Positions 1-9,765 of a DNA stretch of 64,000 bases are shown here, piece by piece. Position numbers and translations under genes: made by a program. Position 1 is the stretch's first letter; each line of letters starts with the position of its first letter. The stretch is from Bacilli bacterium (GTDB lineage Bacteria; Bacillota_I; Bacilli_A; RFN20; CAG-826). The notes below the pieces were generated by a model. The model ran no database searches. It was given only the letters and a program-made list of their open reading frames with translations, and was not told where the DNA came from. The DNA is taken from contig JAZLFJ010000003.1 in assembly GCA_045615665.1 (NCBI GenBank), positions 7,406 to 71,405 of the forward strand, written 5' to 3'.

Positions 1-522
1 CTTATAAAATTTGTTGATAAAGAATATTGAAATTACAGTTGCAATCATCAAAACAAAAGCGATTGAAACAATTAGGATCCGATGCCAATTTTCAAAAGAA
101 TAATTTTCAAAAATTGAAGGGACTAGAAATATAAAAATCACTAGCAAAACATAAAGTAAAACCGAGGAAACTAAAAATGTGATAATAGGCACAAATCGAT
201 TATTGATTCTTTTAATTAAAATGTACAAAATCCACGGCAAAACCCCAAGAAATCCATAAACTAATGTGAATAACGGATTAATTGCATAACCAAGGGAATT
301 TGGAAATAAAACAATGCCTAAAATATCGCTTCCCGCACCAACAATTGCCCCATAAAGTGGACCAAGTAAAATAGATGAAAATATAATGAGGGCAGGGCCT
401 AAAGAGATCCTCACCCAAGGAATCAGTGGAAAGTTCTGAAGCGGAGTGATTCTAGTTAAAATTATTGTTAAAGCTAGTAACAAAGCAGCAAGAGTTATTT
501 TTTGAACTTGCGAAATTTTCAT
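1..522 (-). CDS. Multi-pass membrane protein, probable folate-family ECF transporter S component (C-terminus cut by window edge)
   Basis: Not in ORF track because it runs off the window. My translation from ATG at 522-520: MKISQVQKITLAALLLALTIILTRITPLQNFPLIPWVRISLGPALIIFSSILLGPLYGAIVGAGSDILG... ATGA overlap with the folC stop. Hydrophobic throughout. The S-component call rests on resemblance plus folC linkage. Confidence 0.55.
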   Translation of the reverse strand, partial: MKISQVQKITLAALLLALTIILTRITPLQNFPLIPWVRISLGPALIIFSSILLGPLYGAIVGAGSDILGIVLFPNSLGYAINPLFTLVYGFLGVLPWILYILIKRINNRFVPIITFLVSSVLLYVLLVIFIFLVPSIFENYSFENWHRILIVSIAFVLMIATVISIFFINKFYK

Positions 523-1736
523 TTAGAAAGTTCTCTTTTCACTAAACCAGCAAAATATAATGAACCAGTAATAACGATCAAATCATCTGGATAAGTTTCT
601 TTTAGTTCTCTAATTTTTGCTAAATAATCTGCTTCGAATTTGTATGTTGATAAAAATAAGAAATATTCATCCTCAGTTTTAGCGCGTTTATGATCAAATG
701 TTGTGATTGTAATATCTGTCGTAATCGTATCTAAAATATTTAACATTTGAGAAAAGTTTTTATCTCTAAAGGATGCAAAAATCGCATGGATTGGCTTATT
801 AGTTGCCGCTCTTAGAGAATTAACGAAATCTTGCATGGCTTCAGGATTATGAGCACCATCAACCAGGATATTTTTGTCAATATATTCAAAACGGCAAGGT
901 AAAACTGCGTCTTGTAGACCTTGTTTAATAACTTCTTCACTAACTGGGAACTTGTCATTAAGTAACTTAACAGCATCAATTGCTAAACAAGCGTTCTTAA
1001 TTTGATATAAGACTGGAACTGACAATTTAACATTTTTAAGATTTTGACTATTAAAGCATGTCGCTCCATCAATGATTTGCTCATTATAATATTCGTTAAC
1101 AATGTGAACAGGTGAATTAAGTTTTTTTGCAGTTTCACGTATTGCGTAAAGAGCAAATTCATCCATTTTCCCAAGCAAAACGGGCACATTTGGCTTAATA
1201 ATGCCTGCTTTATTATAAGCAATTTCACTTGTTGTACCGCCTAAGTAAGAAGTGTGTTCAAGCGAAACGGAAGTAATGATAGACAAAAGCGGAATGATGA
1301 TATTTGTAGCATCGATATATCCGCCCATTCCAACTTCAACAATGACCAAATCAAGATTTGCTTCATTAAATAAATCGAAGGCAATTACTGTCTGCATCTC
1401 AAAAGATGACAAATTATATTTTTCAAAATCTTCTCTTAATGATTCGAATTTCTTTAAATATGTTTCAAATGAAACTATTTCTCCATTTATCGAAACCATT
1501 TCGGTAACATCATCCAAATATGGCGAGGTGTATAAGCCTACTTTGTAGCCAGCTTTACGATAGATATTATAAATATAATTCGATGTTGAACCTTTACCAT
1601 TCGTCCCTGTTATGTGAATTGAAGGAACATCAAAAGAAAAAGAATGATCTTTAAGATATCGGTCATAATTACCTCTTTCATAAGAAGGATAATTGTGCTC
1701 TTTAAAATATGCTTCGAGTTCATTTCTATTCATCAT
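519..1736 (-). CDS. folC: Folylpolyglutamate synthase / dihydrofolate synthase
   Basis: 405 aa. Mur-ligase P-loop HITGTNGKGST, overall FolC-like N-terminus. Overlaps smpB by 11 nt and the downstream membrane gene by 4 nt. Confidence 0.9.
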   Translation of the reverse strand: MMNRNELEAYFKEHNYPSYERGNYDRYLKDHSFSFDVPSIHITGTNGKGSTSNYIYNIYRKAGYKVGLYTSPYLDDVTEMVSINGEIVSFETYLKKFESLREDFEKYNLSSFEMQTVIAFDLFNEANLDLVIVEVGMGGYIDATNIIIPLLSIITSVSLEHTSYLGGTTSEIAYNKAGIIKPNVPVLLGKMDEFALYAIRETAKKLNSPVHIVNEYYNEQIIDGATCFNSQNLKNVKLSVPVLYQIKNACLAIDAVKLLNDKFPVSEEVIKQGLQDAVLPCRFEYIDKNILVDGAHNPEAMQDFVNSLRAATNKPIHAIFASFRDKNFSQMLNILDTITTDITITTFDHKRAKTEDEYFLFLSTYKFEADYLAKIRELKETYPDDLIVITGSLYFAGLVKRELSK

Positions 1737-2193
1737 ATTTTCCGCTCGATTTCTTTGCTTTAGCCATCATACGTTCATCATCACGTTTCTTGATGGTTTC
1801 GCGCTTATCATAAAGCTTTTTACCTTTTGCTAAAGCAATCTCTACTTTAAGTTTACCTCTTTTAAGATAAATCTTAGTAGGAACAACAGTTAAAGCTTTC
1901 TCAGTAGCTTTTTGCTCCATCTTTTTAATTTCTTTTTTATGCAATAAAAGTTTTCTAGTTCTATTTGGCTCGTGATTAAAGATATTACCATTCTCATACG
2001 GTGCGACATGCATGTTTAAAAGATAAGCTTCACCATTTCTAAATAAAACATAAGCATCTTGAAGCGAGGCTCCTGTCTTACGAATGGATTTGATTTCACT
2101 GCCTTTGAGTTCGATTCCACATTCTAAAAAATCTTCAAGAAAATAATTGAAACGAGCCTTGGAATTATTAGTGATAATTTTTATAGCGTCCAT
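1726..2193 (-). CDS. smpB: SsrA-binding protein SmpB
   Basis: 155 aa. Characteristic NKKARFNY-like N-terminus (NSKARFNYFLEDFLECGIELKGSEIKSIR) and basic C-terminal tail. Confidence 0.95.
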   Translation of the reverse strand: MDAIKIITNNSKARFNYFLEDFLECGIELKGSEIKSIRKTGASLQDAYVLFRNGEAYLLNMHVAPYENGNIFNHEPNRTRKLLLHKKEIKKMEQKATEKALTVVPTKIYLKRGKLKVEIALAKGKKLYDKRETIKKRDDERMMAKAKKSSGKYDE

Positions 2194-2194
2194 A

Positions 2195-3442
2195 TTACTT
2201 AGTAACAGCAGTCCTTTCTTCTAATGCCGCTCTTCTTGACGCTCTGTTATAGATGCTAAAGACAGAAATCGCAACACCCACAAGTAAAGCGGACATCAAG
2301 AATATTGAAATTGGTCCTTCTGGAAAATGAACTCTATAGCTACCTAGAAATTTCTCGTATAATGCAACTTCTGCAATTGAAGAAATGAGATATGATGTCG
2401 ATAGAATCGACAATGCAATAACAAGAAGATAAAAAACAATTCTAAATTTTCTAAATTTATTCATCCCTCTAAAGTAACAACTAAACGAATAAACCGCCAA
2501 AGAGAAACTAAGTGAAACGATAAGGATTGCAAGAATAAAGGATAAGCAAGAAACAACAAATGAACTAATGAAAATTCCGTCGCTATAATAATTTGGAACC
2601 ATTTCACATAATCTTAAAAATCTAGCAAGTATTCCTACCTCCAAATATTCACCACTACTGTACAAGAAACCGATATTCGATTTAGAAAAAGCGTTGATCA
2701 TTGAAAAAGGGATAAACATGCCAGCACCTAGAATGATTTTAGCTACGAATATAGAAACCGCTCCTCTTTTAAAGTTAAGGAAGCAATCAAATCCAATGCA
2801 TATAAATAGGTGGATAACTAAAAACACAATCGGGATAATTAAAAGCGAAGCAAAGAGATTAAAATTATTAAATTTATTAGAAGAAGTTAAAGCATATAAC
2901 GTAGTTAAGGAGAACGTTTTACTCGCTAAGAGCACTGCTAAATATTTGTATGAACCTGAAATATCGATGGTTCGCTTTAGAACAATCATCTTCCTAATTG
3001 CGATTATTCCAAAGACAAGGGCAATGACAAAATCAATCGCAGCAAATCCGTATCTAAAACCCATCCAGATATAATCAACAGGCGACATTGTTGAAATAGC
3101 AAGTGCAGAGTTAAGATTTTCTTCAAAATCAACCAATGTGAATGCTAAATCAAAGCAAGACAAAATTAGAACTAAGGAAATGATAGCTAAAGAAACAAAG
3201 AATGAGACTCGATTGAAAACACGCGACACCTTTTGTTTAGTCGCACTAAGTTCTTCATTCTTTTGCATCTTAGTTTCGCTTTTGTGAGGAATAGCTTTTC
3301 CGCAATGAGGACACTTGATCGAATCGTTTGGAATATACTCGCCACATTTAGGACAAGGAATGTACCCATCTAAACGGGAACCACACTTAATGCAAAAAAC
3401 AGCTTCTTCAAGATTATCAAAACCACATTTTTCACATTTCAT
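2195..3442 (-). CDS. Double zinc-ribbon domain membrane protein
   Basis: N-terminus has CxxC pairs (CEKCG..CIKCG..CPKCG..CPHCG), followed by about 8 predicted TM helices. Stop lies 1 nt from the smpB start. Confidence 0.7.
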   Translation of the reverse strand: MKCEKCGFDNLEEAVFCIKCGSRLDGYIPCPKCGEYIPNDSIKCPHCGKAIPHKSETKMQKNEELSATKQKVSRVFNRVSFFVSLAIISLVLILSCFDLAFTLVDFEENLNSALAISTMSPVDYIWMGFRYGFAAIDFVIALVFGIIAIRKMIVLKRTIDISGSYKYLAVLLASKTFSLTTLYALTSSNKFNNFNLFASLLIIPIVFLVIHLFICIGFDCFLNFKRGAVSIFVAKIILGAGMFIPFSMINAFSKSNIGFLYSSGEYLEVGILARFLRLCEMVPNYYSDGIFISSFVVSCLSFILAILIVSLSFSLAVYSFSCYFRGMNKFRKFRIVFYLLVIALSILSTSYLISSIAEVALYEKFLGSYRVHFPEGPISIFLMSALLVGVAISVFSIYNRASRRAALEERTAVTK

Positions 3443-3574
3443 AGCCTATCTCCTCCCATACACGAACTACTTTGTTCGCCATAATTAATAATTATGCTAA
3501 AAGAAAGTAGTAAAATGCAAATAGAAAAATAATTGTAGAAGAATAATGACAAGTGAATTAATATATTAATTAGC

Positions 3575-4591
3575 ATGGAATTCAAGCAACTAATTATTTC
3601 TAGAAACGCAACAAAGGAGAGGTTTATATTTAATAATAAAGTAAACCTTGTAAACTCAACGTTGTTGAGTGATGAACTTTTAAAACCGAATTATGATTTA
3701 ACCGATAGCGACTTTGTTCTAGAATCTGAAGACTCACTTTCCCTCGCCGATACTTTCCAAATCAAAATTCGAATCGCTCAAACTGGATTGATGATGCTTT
3801 ATTTTAGGAAAGAAGTTTTAACACCGGAGCAAAAGGAAGAACTCATTAAAAAAATCGGTGAATTAAAAGACGGGATTGAACCAACATTCGAATCACAAAA
3901 AAGCAAAATTGGGAAAGTAATCGATATCGTTTCGCTTTATAATCCTATTTTTATCTGTTTTGCAAATAATGGAGACTTCATTTTTACTTGCTCTACATTT
4001 GAAGAAATTTTAAATGGAAAAGACGTTAGATTTCCGCTGCTTGTTTTGCTTACATCTTTAGGTTTTACCGATGAAATTTCACCAAAAAAGAAGAAAATTA
4101 AACCCGTTAAACAGTCTAAAAAACCAAGTGATGGAAAGTTTGATTTTTCCTCAATTTTTGAAGGATTAAAAAATATGGATTATATCTTTTTTGGTATCTT
4201 CTCATTATTTATATTATTTGGTTTGGTTTTATCAATTTTTGAAATTCAAAATCAAGATGCTTTGTCTGCCTTCATTTTAGTGTTAACCATTGTCTTTGTT
4301 ATCACTTTATATTTCGCTGTTTATAAGGCAAGTAATGATGAAGAAAAATATGATATTAGCCTCAAAAAACTTGCAATTCCCCTATTTTATATTGTTTTAG
4401 GCTCTACTTTAGGAGTCGTTATTGGTTATGTAATCACAACCTTTGTAATTAAAGTTAAAGAAGAAATAGTTATCAATTATGTTCTAGTCTATGCTTTGTC
4501 AATTGTTGTCGGCTATCTTGTCTCTATTGCAAGTTTATTCTCTCCTCTTGTCATTGCTCCACTAATCGCGAAACTTAAAAAGAAGAAATAA
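3575..4591 (+). CDS. Membrane protein of unknown function (soluble N-domain plus about 4 C-terminal TM helices)
   Basis: 338-aa ORF. Lys-rich linker (SPKKKKIKPVKQSKKPS), then hydrophobic helices. Immediately precedes the GT2 gene. Confidence 0.5.
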   Translation: MEFKQLIISRNATKERFIFNNKVNLVNSTLLSDELLKPNYDLTDSDFVLESEDSLSLADTFQIKIRIAQTGLMMLYFRKEVLTPEQKEELIKKIGELKDGIEPTFESQKSKIGKVIDIVSLYNPIFICFANNGDFIFTCSTFEEILNGKDVRFPLLVLLTSLGFTDEISPKKKKIKPVKQSKKPSDGKFDFSSIFEGLKNMDYIFFGIFSLFILFGLVLSIFEIQNQDALSAFILVLTIVFVITLYFAVYKASNDEEKYDISLKKLAIPLFYIVLGSTLGVVIGYVITTFVIKVKEEIVINYVLVYALSIVVGYLVSIASLFSPLVIAPLIAKLKKKK

Positions 4592-4593
4592 AT

Positions 4594-5295
4594 ATGAAAT
4601 TATCTGTTATTATTCCCTGCTATAACGAAGCAAAAGATATTAAAGAAAAAGCTGAGATTGTCAAAAACAAACTCTCTTCTTTAAGCATCCACACTGAACT
4701 AATTTTAGTGAACGATGGATCAAAAGATAACACTCAAGAAGTTATAAATTCAATTCCTGGAGTTGTGCATTCGGGCTATGAAATTAATCGTGGCAAAGGT
4801 GGCGCAGTCAAACAAGGCATCCTTGATGCCGCTGGGGACTATATTCTTTTTATGGATGCTGATTTATCAACCGATTTAAAGGCGATTGATGATATTATTC
4901 CTTTGCTTGGAAAAGATAATTTTATTATTGGTTCACGTCATCATAAAGAATCGATTATTCCAGTTAAACAACCCGCAAAACGCAGATTTATTGGATGGTG
5001 CTGCCGTAAACTTGTAAACGGAAAATTCCATTTTCATTACAGTGATACCCAATGTGGCTTTAAGTGCATTGAGGCTAAATTCGCTAAAAAGATGGTCGAA
5101 AAGCAAATCATCAATGGTTTTGCCTTCGATGTTGAATATCTTTATATTGCAAAGCTCAATAATGTAAATGTGCGTCAAATCCCAGTTATTTGGAGAGACG
5201 ATAGAGGTTCAACGGTTTCTCCTTTAAAGAGTTCAATCAAATTCTTTAAGGATATGAAAATCATTAAAAAGAATAAGAAGAATTACATTTTCTAG
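4594..5295 (+). CDS. Family 2 glycosyltransferase (polyprenyl-phosphate sugar transferase-like)
   Basis: LSVIIPCYNEA, VNDGSKDNT and FMDADLS (DxD) motifs. 233 aa. Confidence 0.85.
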   Translation: MKLSVIIPCYNEAKDIKEKAEIVKNKLSSLSIHTELILVNDGSKDNTQEVINSIPGVVHSGYEINRGKGGAVKQGILDAAGDYILFMDADLSTDLKAIDDIIPLLGKDNFIIGSRHHKESIIPVKQPAKRRFIGWCCRKLVNGKFHFHYSDTQCGFKCIEAKFAKKMVEKQIINGFAFDVEYLYIAKLNNVNVRQIPVIWRDDRGSTVSPLKSSIKFFKDMKIIKKNKKNYIF

Positions 5296-5666
5296 TTAAT
5301 ATTACCAAAACCATAATCGAGACTCTCCTTGAAGAGTCTTTTTTCTGTATGTAGTGATAAACCATCATCTTCTTTACTTGCAGACCTATATAAAATAGCG
5401 ATTAATTCTTCGTATGAGATTGACTCGCATTCGCCAACTTCTTCAAAATCAAAGATATCTGATCTTAAAATGATTCTTACAAAATATTCCTTTTTGTTAG
5501 TTAATTTTAGATTTTGAATCCTGAATATTTTGATCAATTCTTTCACATCGTTTTTCGTGCATCTCACTACGAACGATCCTTCCCCCAAATCAAATAAATA
5601 AGTGAAAGTGTATCTTGAAACATCATAGAAGAAGCCTTTCATTTTTTGTTCATGTAACGTATCCAT
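5292..5666 (-). CDS. Hypothetical protein
   Basis: 124-aa ORF, no recognisable motif. Convergent 4-nt overlap with the GT2 gene. Confidence 0.4.
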   Translation of the reverse strand: MDTLHEQKMKGFFYDVSRYTFTYLFDLGEGSFVVRCTKNDVKELIKIFRIQNLKLTNKKEYFVRIILRSDIFDFEEVGECESISYEELIAILYRSASKEDDGLSLHTEKRLFKESLDYGFGNIN

Positions 5667-5739
5667 TTTTTACCTCTTTCAAATAACTTATTACTGAGAT
5701 TTTTTAGAAAAAATGCGAAAAATTTTTTATTAAAGAAAA

Positions 5740-5758
5740 AGCCTCCTTTAAGGAGGCT
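5740..5758 (-). terminator. Rho-independent terminator of the 509-aa gene
   Basis: AGCCTCC-TTTAA-GGAGGCT hairpin. On the minus strand it is followed by TTTTTCTTT. Confidence 0.7.
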
Positions 5759-5775
5759 AAAGCATTTAATCTTTT

Positions 5776-7305
5776 TTATTCTCTTGCGAAGTGTAAGGAG
5801 AGTTGGCCTTCACCGCCTAGACCAACATTATCCTTATCAATATGCAAGGATTTAGTTCCACCACCAGCGGCATCAAATGAGGTTTGATATGGCGCTAATT
5901 CTTCTTTTTCAAATAATTTATCAAAGTTAATTGCGATAACATTATTTTCTTTATCAAAACTAACCCATGAAGAATCATCCATTGAATTAATTGCATCACT
6001 AAAGAAATCTTTTACTACCTTTTGGAATTTGTCTTTAGCAACTTTTGAACCATAGTAGATATTACTAATCTTGAAATTGGCTTTAAACGAATTAGCGACT
6101 GGTTGACATTCGGTTTCAATAATCGCTCTTGTTTCTAAACCATTAATATTAATTCCAAGCGTATAGTTCAAATATTGTTTTCCATCTTTTTGGAAGAGGT
6201 CGCAATAGAAATTGTCTACGACAACATAAGCAACTTCATCAGCATAATGGAGGATATAGGACTTACCGATAATATCGGTAGCGATAAGAATTTGATCTAA
6301 TTCATCTTCGCCGATATAAGCCACTTTATATTCGCCTGGAGTAATAAATGTAGCAGGCGTATGAGTGTTTTTAATGCGTTGCTCAATGACGCTATTAACA
6401 CCGTCGCTACTGCCTAAATGCTTAATCTGTTTAAAGAAGAATTCGGCAGAGGATCGAATTTCTTCTTCACTCTTTCCATTAATAGAATTTTCGGTTGCAG
6501 ATTTAACGCCATCTTCAATCAATTTCTTAATGGCTTCAGCATCTTCATAGTGACCGGTCTCGGTATCGCAAGAAGCATCTGACACTTCATCATTATTTTG
6601 CATATCGCTTAAATCGCCAGTGACATGAATACCTTTATTCATTTCAAAATTGAGATCCATGGTGTCGAGTGCTGAAGAAAGAAGCGAATCGTCACCAGAT
6701 CCAGCTTTCGATGACATAAGGTTTAATAAATCTTTTTGCATGTCTGCTTTCGAATAAGTTAACCGTGAATTATTTAAATCCACTTTGATGTTTAGACCAA
6801 TGTCAGCAAATGTGCTCTCAAGAGGTAAGTTATTCGCGACACCAGTCATATCAATTAGCCATTTAGCAGGGAAATTTCCAGCCTTGATTGATTCGACATT
6901 GAATATGTAATCAGTATCAGTTTCTTTTAATTTAGTTTCGATGATAAATCTAGTTTGAATAATCTTAAGATTAGCTTCGATAAAGAACTTATAATTGTTG
7001 CCTTTAATCTCCACGTAAAAATCACCAATGTATTGTGACATCATAGGATCTTTTCTAATGCTTTCAGTTGCATTATAGAAGATTTGATTTAAACATTTTT
7101 GATCAATTGTATAATCGATTTTCTTCTCTGTTGCAGTAGAACTTAATGATCTAACCACTTGCCTTTGTAAGACCTGATCAGATGTAATTGTTTCTGGTTT
7201 AAAAGAGGATTTGTTTAAATCCATAATTGATAAATAAACACCACCAACTGCAATAAGTAAAGTTCCTGTAATTGCAACTGGAATAATCCAACCTAACTTA
7301 CCCAT
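5776..7305 (-). CDS. N-terminally membrane-anchored extracytoplasmic protein, unknown function
   Basis: 509 aa with a single N-terminal TM helix (WIIPVAITGTLLIAVGGVYLSI). The rest is hydrophilic. Confidence 0.6.
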   Translation of the reverse strand: MGKLGWIIPVAITGTLLIAVGGVYLSIMDLNKSSFKPETITSDQVLQRQVVRSLSSTATEKKIDYTIDQKCLNQIFYNATESIRKDPMMSQYIGDFYVEIKGNNYKFFIEANLKIIQTRFIIETKLKETDTDYIFNVESIKAGNFPAKWLIDMTGVANNLPLESTFADIGLNIKVDLNNSRLTYSKADMQKDLLNLMSSKAGSGDDSLLSSALDTMDLNFEMNKGIHVTGDLSDMQNNDEVSDASCDTETGHYEDAEAIKKLIEDGVKSATENSINGKSEEEIRSSAEFFFKQIKHLGSSDGVNSVIEQRIKNTHTPATFITPGEYKVAYIGEDELDQILIATDIIGKSYILHYADEVAYVVVDNFYCDLFQKDGKQYLNYTLGININGLETRAIIETECQPVANSFKANFKISNIYYGSKVAKDKFQKVVKDFFSDAINSMDDSSWVSFDKENNVIAINFDKLFEKEELAPYQTSFDAAGGGTKSLHIDKDNVGLGGEGQLSLHFARE

Positions 7306-7404
7306 AATTCTTCCCCCCTAAAAAATTACGTATAGCAAATAAATTACTTCGATAAATCGAATTTTTACTATTTGTATCCCTTAATTTGATTATAACATGA
7401 AAAA

Positions 7405-7424
7405 TCACCACATCATAGTGGCGA
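7405..7424 (-). terminator. Rho-independent terminator of cls
   Basis: Minus strand TCGCCAC-TATGAT-GTGGTGA (one G.U pair) followed by TTTTT. Confidence 0.6.
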
Positions 7425-7446
7425 CTTTTCTACTTAGAAATCTAAA

Positions 7447-9018
7447 TTATAACAATGCAACAAACGGCTTAATTAACGCGCAAATAAAGATAATGAACTT
7501 GGACATCTGAAATGATGCTGGAATTTCTTCAGATTCAACCATCATTGATTGGAAATCTTCAACAATATCTTTACAGCAAGGTGTGTTATATAACACTGCT
7601 CCACATTCGAAGTGGTGAACCAAAGAACGATAGTCGCAGTTAATTGTTCCAACAAAAGCTAATTTTCCATCGGCAATTATTGTTTTCATATGGTTAAAGC
7701 CCGGTCGATATGACATGACGTGAACTCCAGCTTTCATTAAAGTTTGGAAATATGTTTCAGCGACGTGATAAACAAGTTTCTTATCCGGAATCCCAGGTAA
7801 GAACAAATAAACATCAACACCATTTAAAGCCGCTCTTCTAATTGAATAAAGAAGCGATTCGGATGGAATGAAATATGGAGAAGAAATATAAAGAGTTTTT
7901 TGAGCAGAGTTAATAATATTAATTAAGGTTTCTTCACCAACTCTTTCCTTAAAATATGGTGCTGGACCATGACCAAAAGGATAAACAACACCTGAATCAT
8001 CAAACTTAGGATAATCATATTCTAAGAATTGAGCGTGATTAGATGTGTGACGGTCTGATAAATCAAAATTAGTTAGAAAAAGTTGAATCAAATTATTAAT
8101 CGCACTTCCTTCGATTCTGATCATTGTATCTTTCCAATAACCAAATGGTGAATCGATGTTGGCGTATTCATCAGCAAGGTTCATACCACCTGTATAACCA
8201 TAGAGGTGATCGATGACAGCAATTTTGCGGTGATCACGGTTATTATAGACACCGGAAATTATGACTTTAAATTTGTTGTATTTGTAGGCTTTTATGCCGA
8301 GTTTACGGAGTTTTTTGAATTCATTGCTAGGAAGAACACCAACAGAACCAAGGTCGTCATATAGGACTCTAACATCGACGCCTTTCTTTGCTTTATCGAC
8401 TAGAATTTCACGAACTTGTTGCCATTCTTTTCCATTACCAATAATGAAAAATTCAAGGAAAATAAACTCTTTAGCTTTCTTTAAATCTTCGATAAATTCA
8501 GGGAAGAATGTTTCACCATTTTTATAATATTTAACACGGCTATTTGTGTGTCCACATAAAACAGAATTATTATCTAGATAATCAAACGTTTTATGAAATT
8601 CAGCCAAATCTTTTGGTTCTGCACCATTGAGGAAAAATTTAGCGCCTAACCCATCAGAAGCATTTAACAAACGTGAATCTTTCTTTTTTAAATTGCGTCT
8701 AGCAAGAACGATATATAGGAGTGGTCCAACAAGAGGCAATGCTAATAAAATAATTACCCAAGGAATTTTAAATTCTGCATCCATCTGGCGGTAGATAACT
8801 CTAAAGAAGATGATTATTTGCAAAACAAACAAAACAAAAACCAAAAGATCATCGACTACGCCAATCCAAACAAGATCAGGATATTTTTGTCCCCATTCAC
8901 CATCAGGTGAGAAATTACTAGCAACAATAAATGCAGTAACAATAGCGGCAATCTCCACCAAAAGGATGAAAATAACAAGCATTGTCCTATTAAATAATTT
9001 ACGAATTAACTTTTTCAT
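7447..9018 (-). CDS. cls: Cardiolipin synthase
   Basis: Two PLD HKD motifs (NRDHRKIAVIDH and FNHMKTIIADG) and N-terminal TM helices. Start moved to MKKLIRKLF (9018), which has AGAGG 7 nt upstream. The ORF track extends to 9063. Confidence 0.9.
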   Translation of the reverse strand: MKKLIRKLFNRTMLVIFILLVEIAAIVTAFIVASNFSPDGEWGQKYPDLVWIGVVDDLLVFVLFVLQIIIFFRVIYRQMDAEFKIPWVIILLALPLVGPLLYIVLARRNLKKKDSRLLNASDGLGAKFFLNGAEPKDLAEFHKTFDYLDNNSVLCGHTNSRVKYYKNGETFFPEFIEDLKKAKEFIFLEFFIIGNGKEWQQVREILVDKAKKGVDVRVLYDDLGSVGVLPSNEFKKLRKLGIKAYKYNKFKVIISGVYNNRDHRKIAVIDHLYGYTGGMNLADEYANIDSPFGYWKDTMIRIEGSAINNLIQLFLTNFDLSDRHTSNHAQFLEYDYPKFDDSGVVYPFGHGPAPYFKERVGEETLINIINSAQKTLYISSPYFIPSESLLYSIRRAALNGVDVYLFLPGIPDKKLVYHVAETYFQTLMKAGVHVMSYRPGFNHMKTIIADGKLAFVGTINCDYRSLVHHFECGAVLYNTPCCKDIVEDFQSMMVESEEIPASFQMSKFIIFICALIKPFVALL

Positions 9019-9137
9019 AAGTGACCTCTTGTATAGAATAGCGACTTTTAATAAAAATATCAATTTTTACTAATACGCTATTTGCTGTTGAAAGATAACT
9101 TTAACGTTTTATAATTTTTAGCGAAAGGAAATTAAAT

Positions 9138-9665
9138 ATGAAAAAAGAAAGCATATTCAAAGTCATAGAAGCCTGTGCATTACTTGTGTTAGGTGTTTTG
9201 TTCTGTGTCTCTTTGGCATGGGCAGGCAACGTTTTATCCATTATTTTAGGATCGTCTTGCATTGCAATTGGTGCAGTCATTGTCATTGTTGCTGCAATTA
9301 AAGATAAAAGTGTTGTTTCGCCAATTGCACTAGGCGGATTATTAGCCTTAACGTTAGGAATTTTCTTTATTGTCGCTAATATCGTAATGCAATTTATCAA
9401 TTCGTTTGTGCCATTTGTACTAATCGTCTTTGGCTCAGCGCTTTTCGTTGACGCATTCTTAGCTTACTTTGTAAGAAAAGAAAAAGTATTAGCGCCATTC
9501 ATTATTAAACTCATTATTGGAGCAGCACTAATCACTGTTGGAGCACTTTTATTAACAATCGATGATTTTACTCAATATATCAGTTTGATAATCGGTATTG
9601 CTTTAATCTTAATTGCTATCACTAACTTAGCTGTCGAATTCATTAAAGCTGATAGGGCTGAATAA
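9138..9665 (+). CDS. Small multi-pass membrane protein
   Basis: 175 aa, about 5-6 hydrophobic helices, no motif recognised. Confidence 0.55.
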   Translation: MKKESIFKVIEACALLVLGVLFCVSLAWAGNVLSIILGSSCIAIGAVIVIVAAIKDKSVVSPIALGGLLALTLGIFFIVANIVMQFINSFVPFVLIVFGSALFVDAFLAYFVRKEKVLAPFIIKLIIGAALITVGALLLTIDDFTQYISLIIGIALILIAITNLAVEFIKADRAE

Positions 9666-9672
9666 GCCAAAA

Positions 9673-9716
9673 AAAGACTGCAAATCTTTGATAACTCAAG
9701 CAAAAAGGCAGTCTTT
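9673..9716 (+). terminator. Probable terminator (9-bp stem, large loop)
   Basis: AAAGACTGC ... GCAGTCTTT followed by TTATTTTTTT. The loop is about 26 nt, so it is weaker than a canonical terminator. Confidence 0.45.
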
Positions 9717-9765
9717 TTATTTTTTTACCTCTACACAATTAATAAATTTCATTTATAATCAAAAC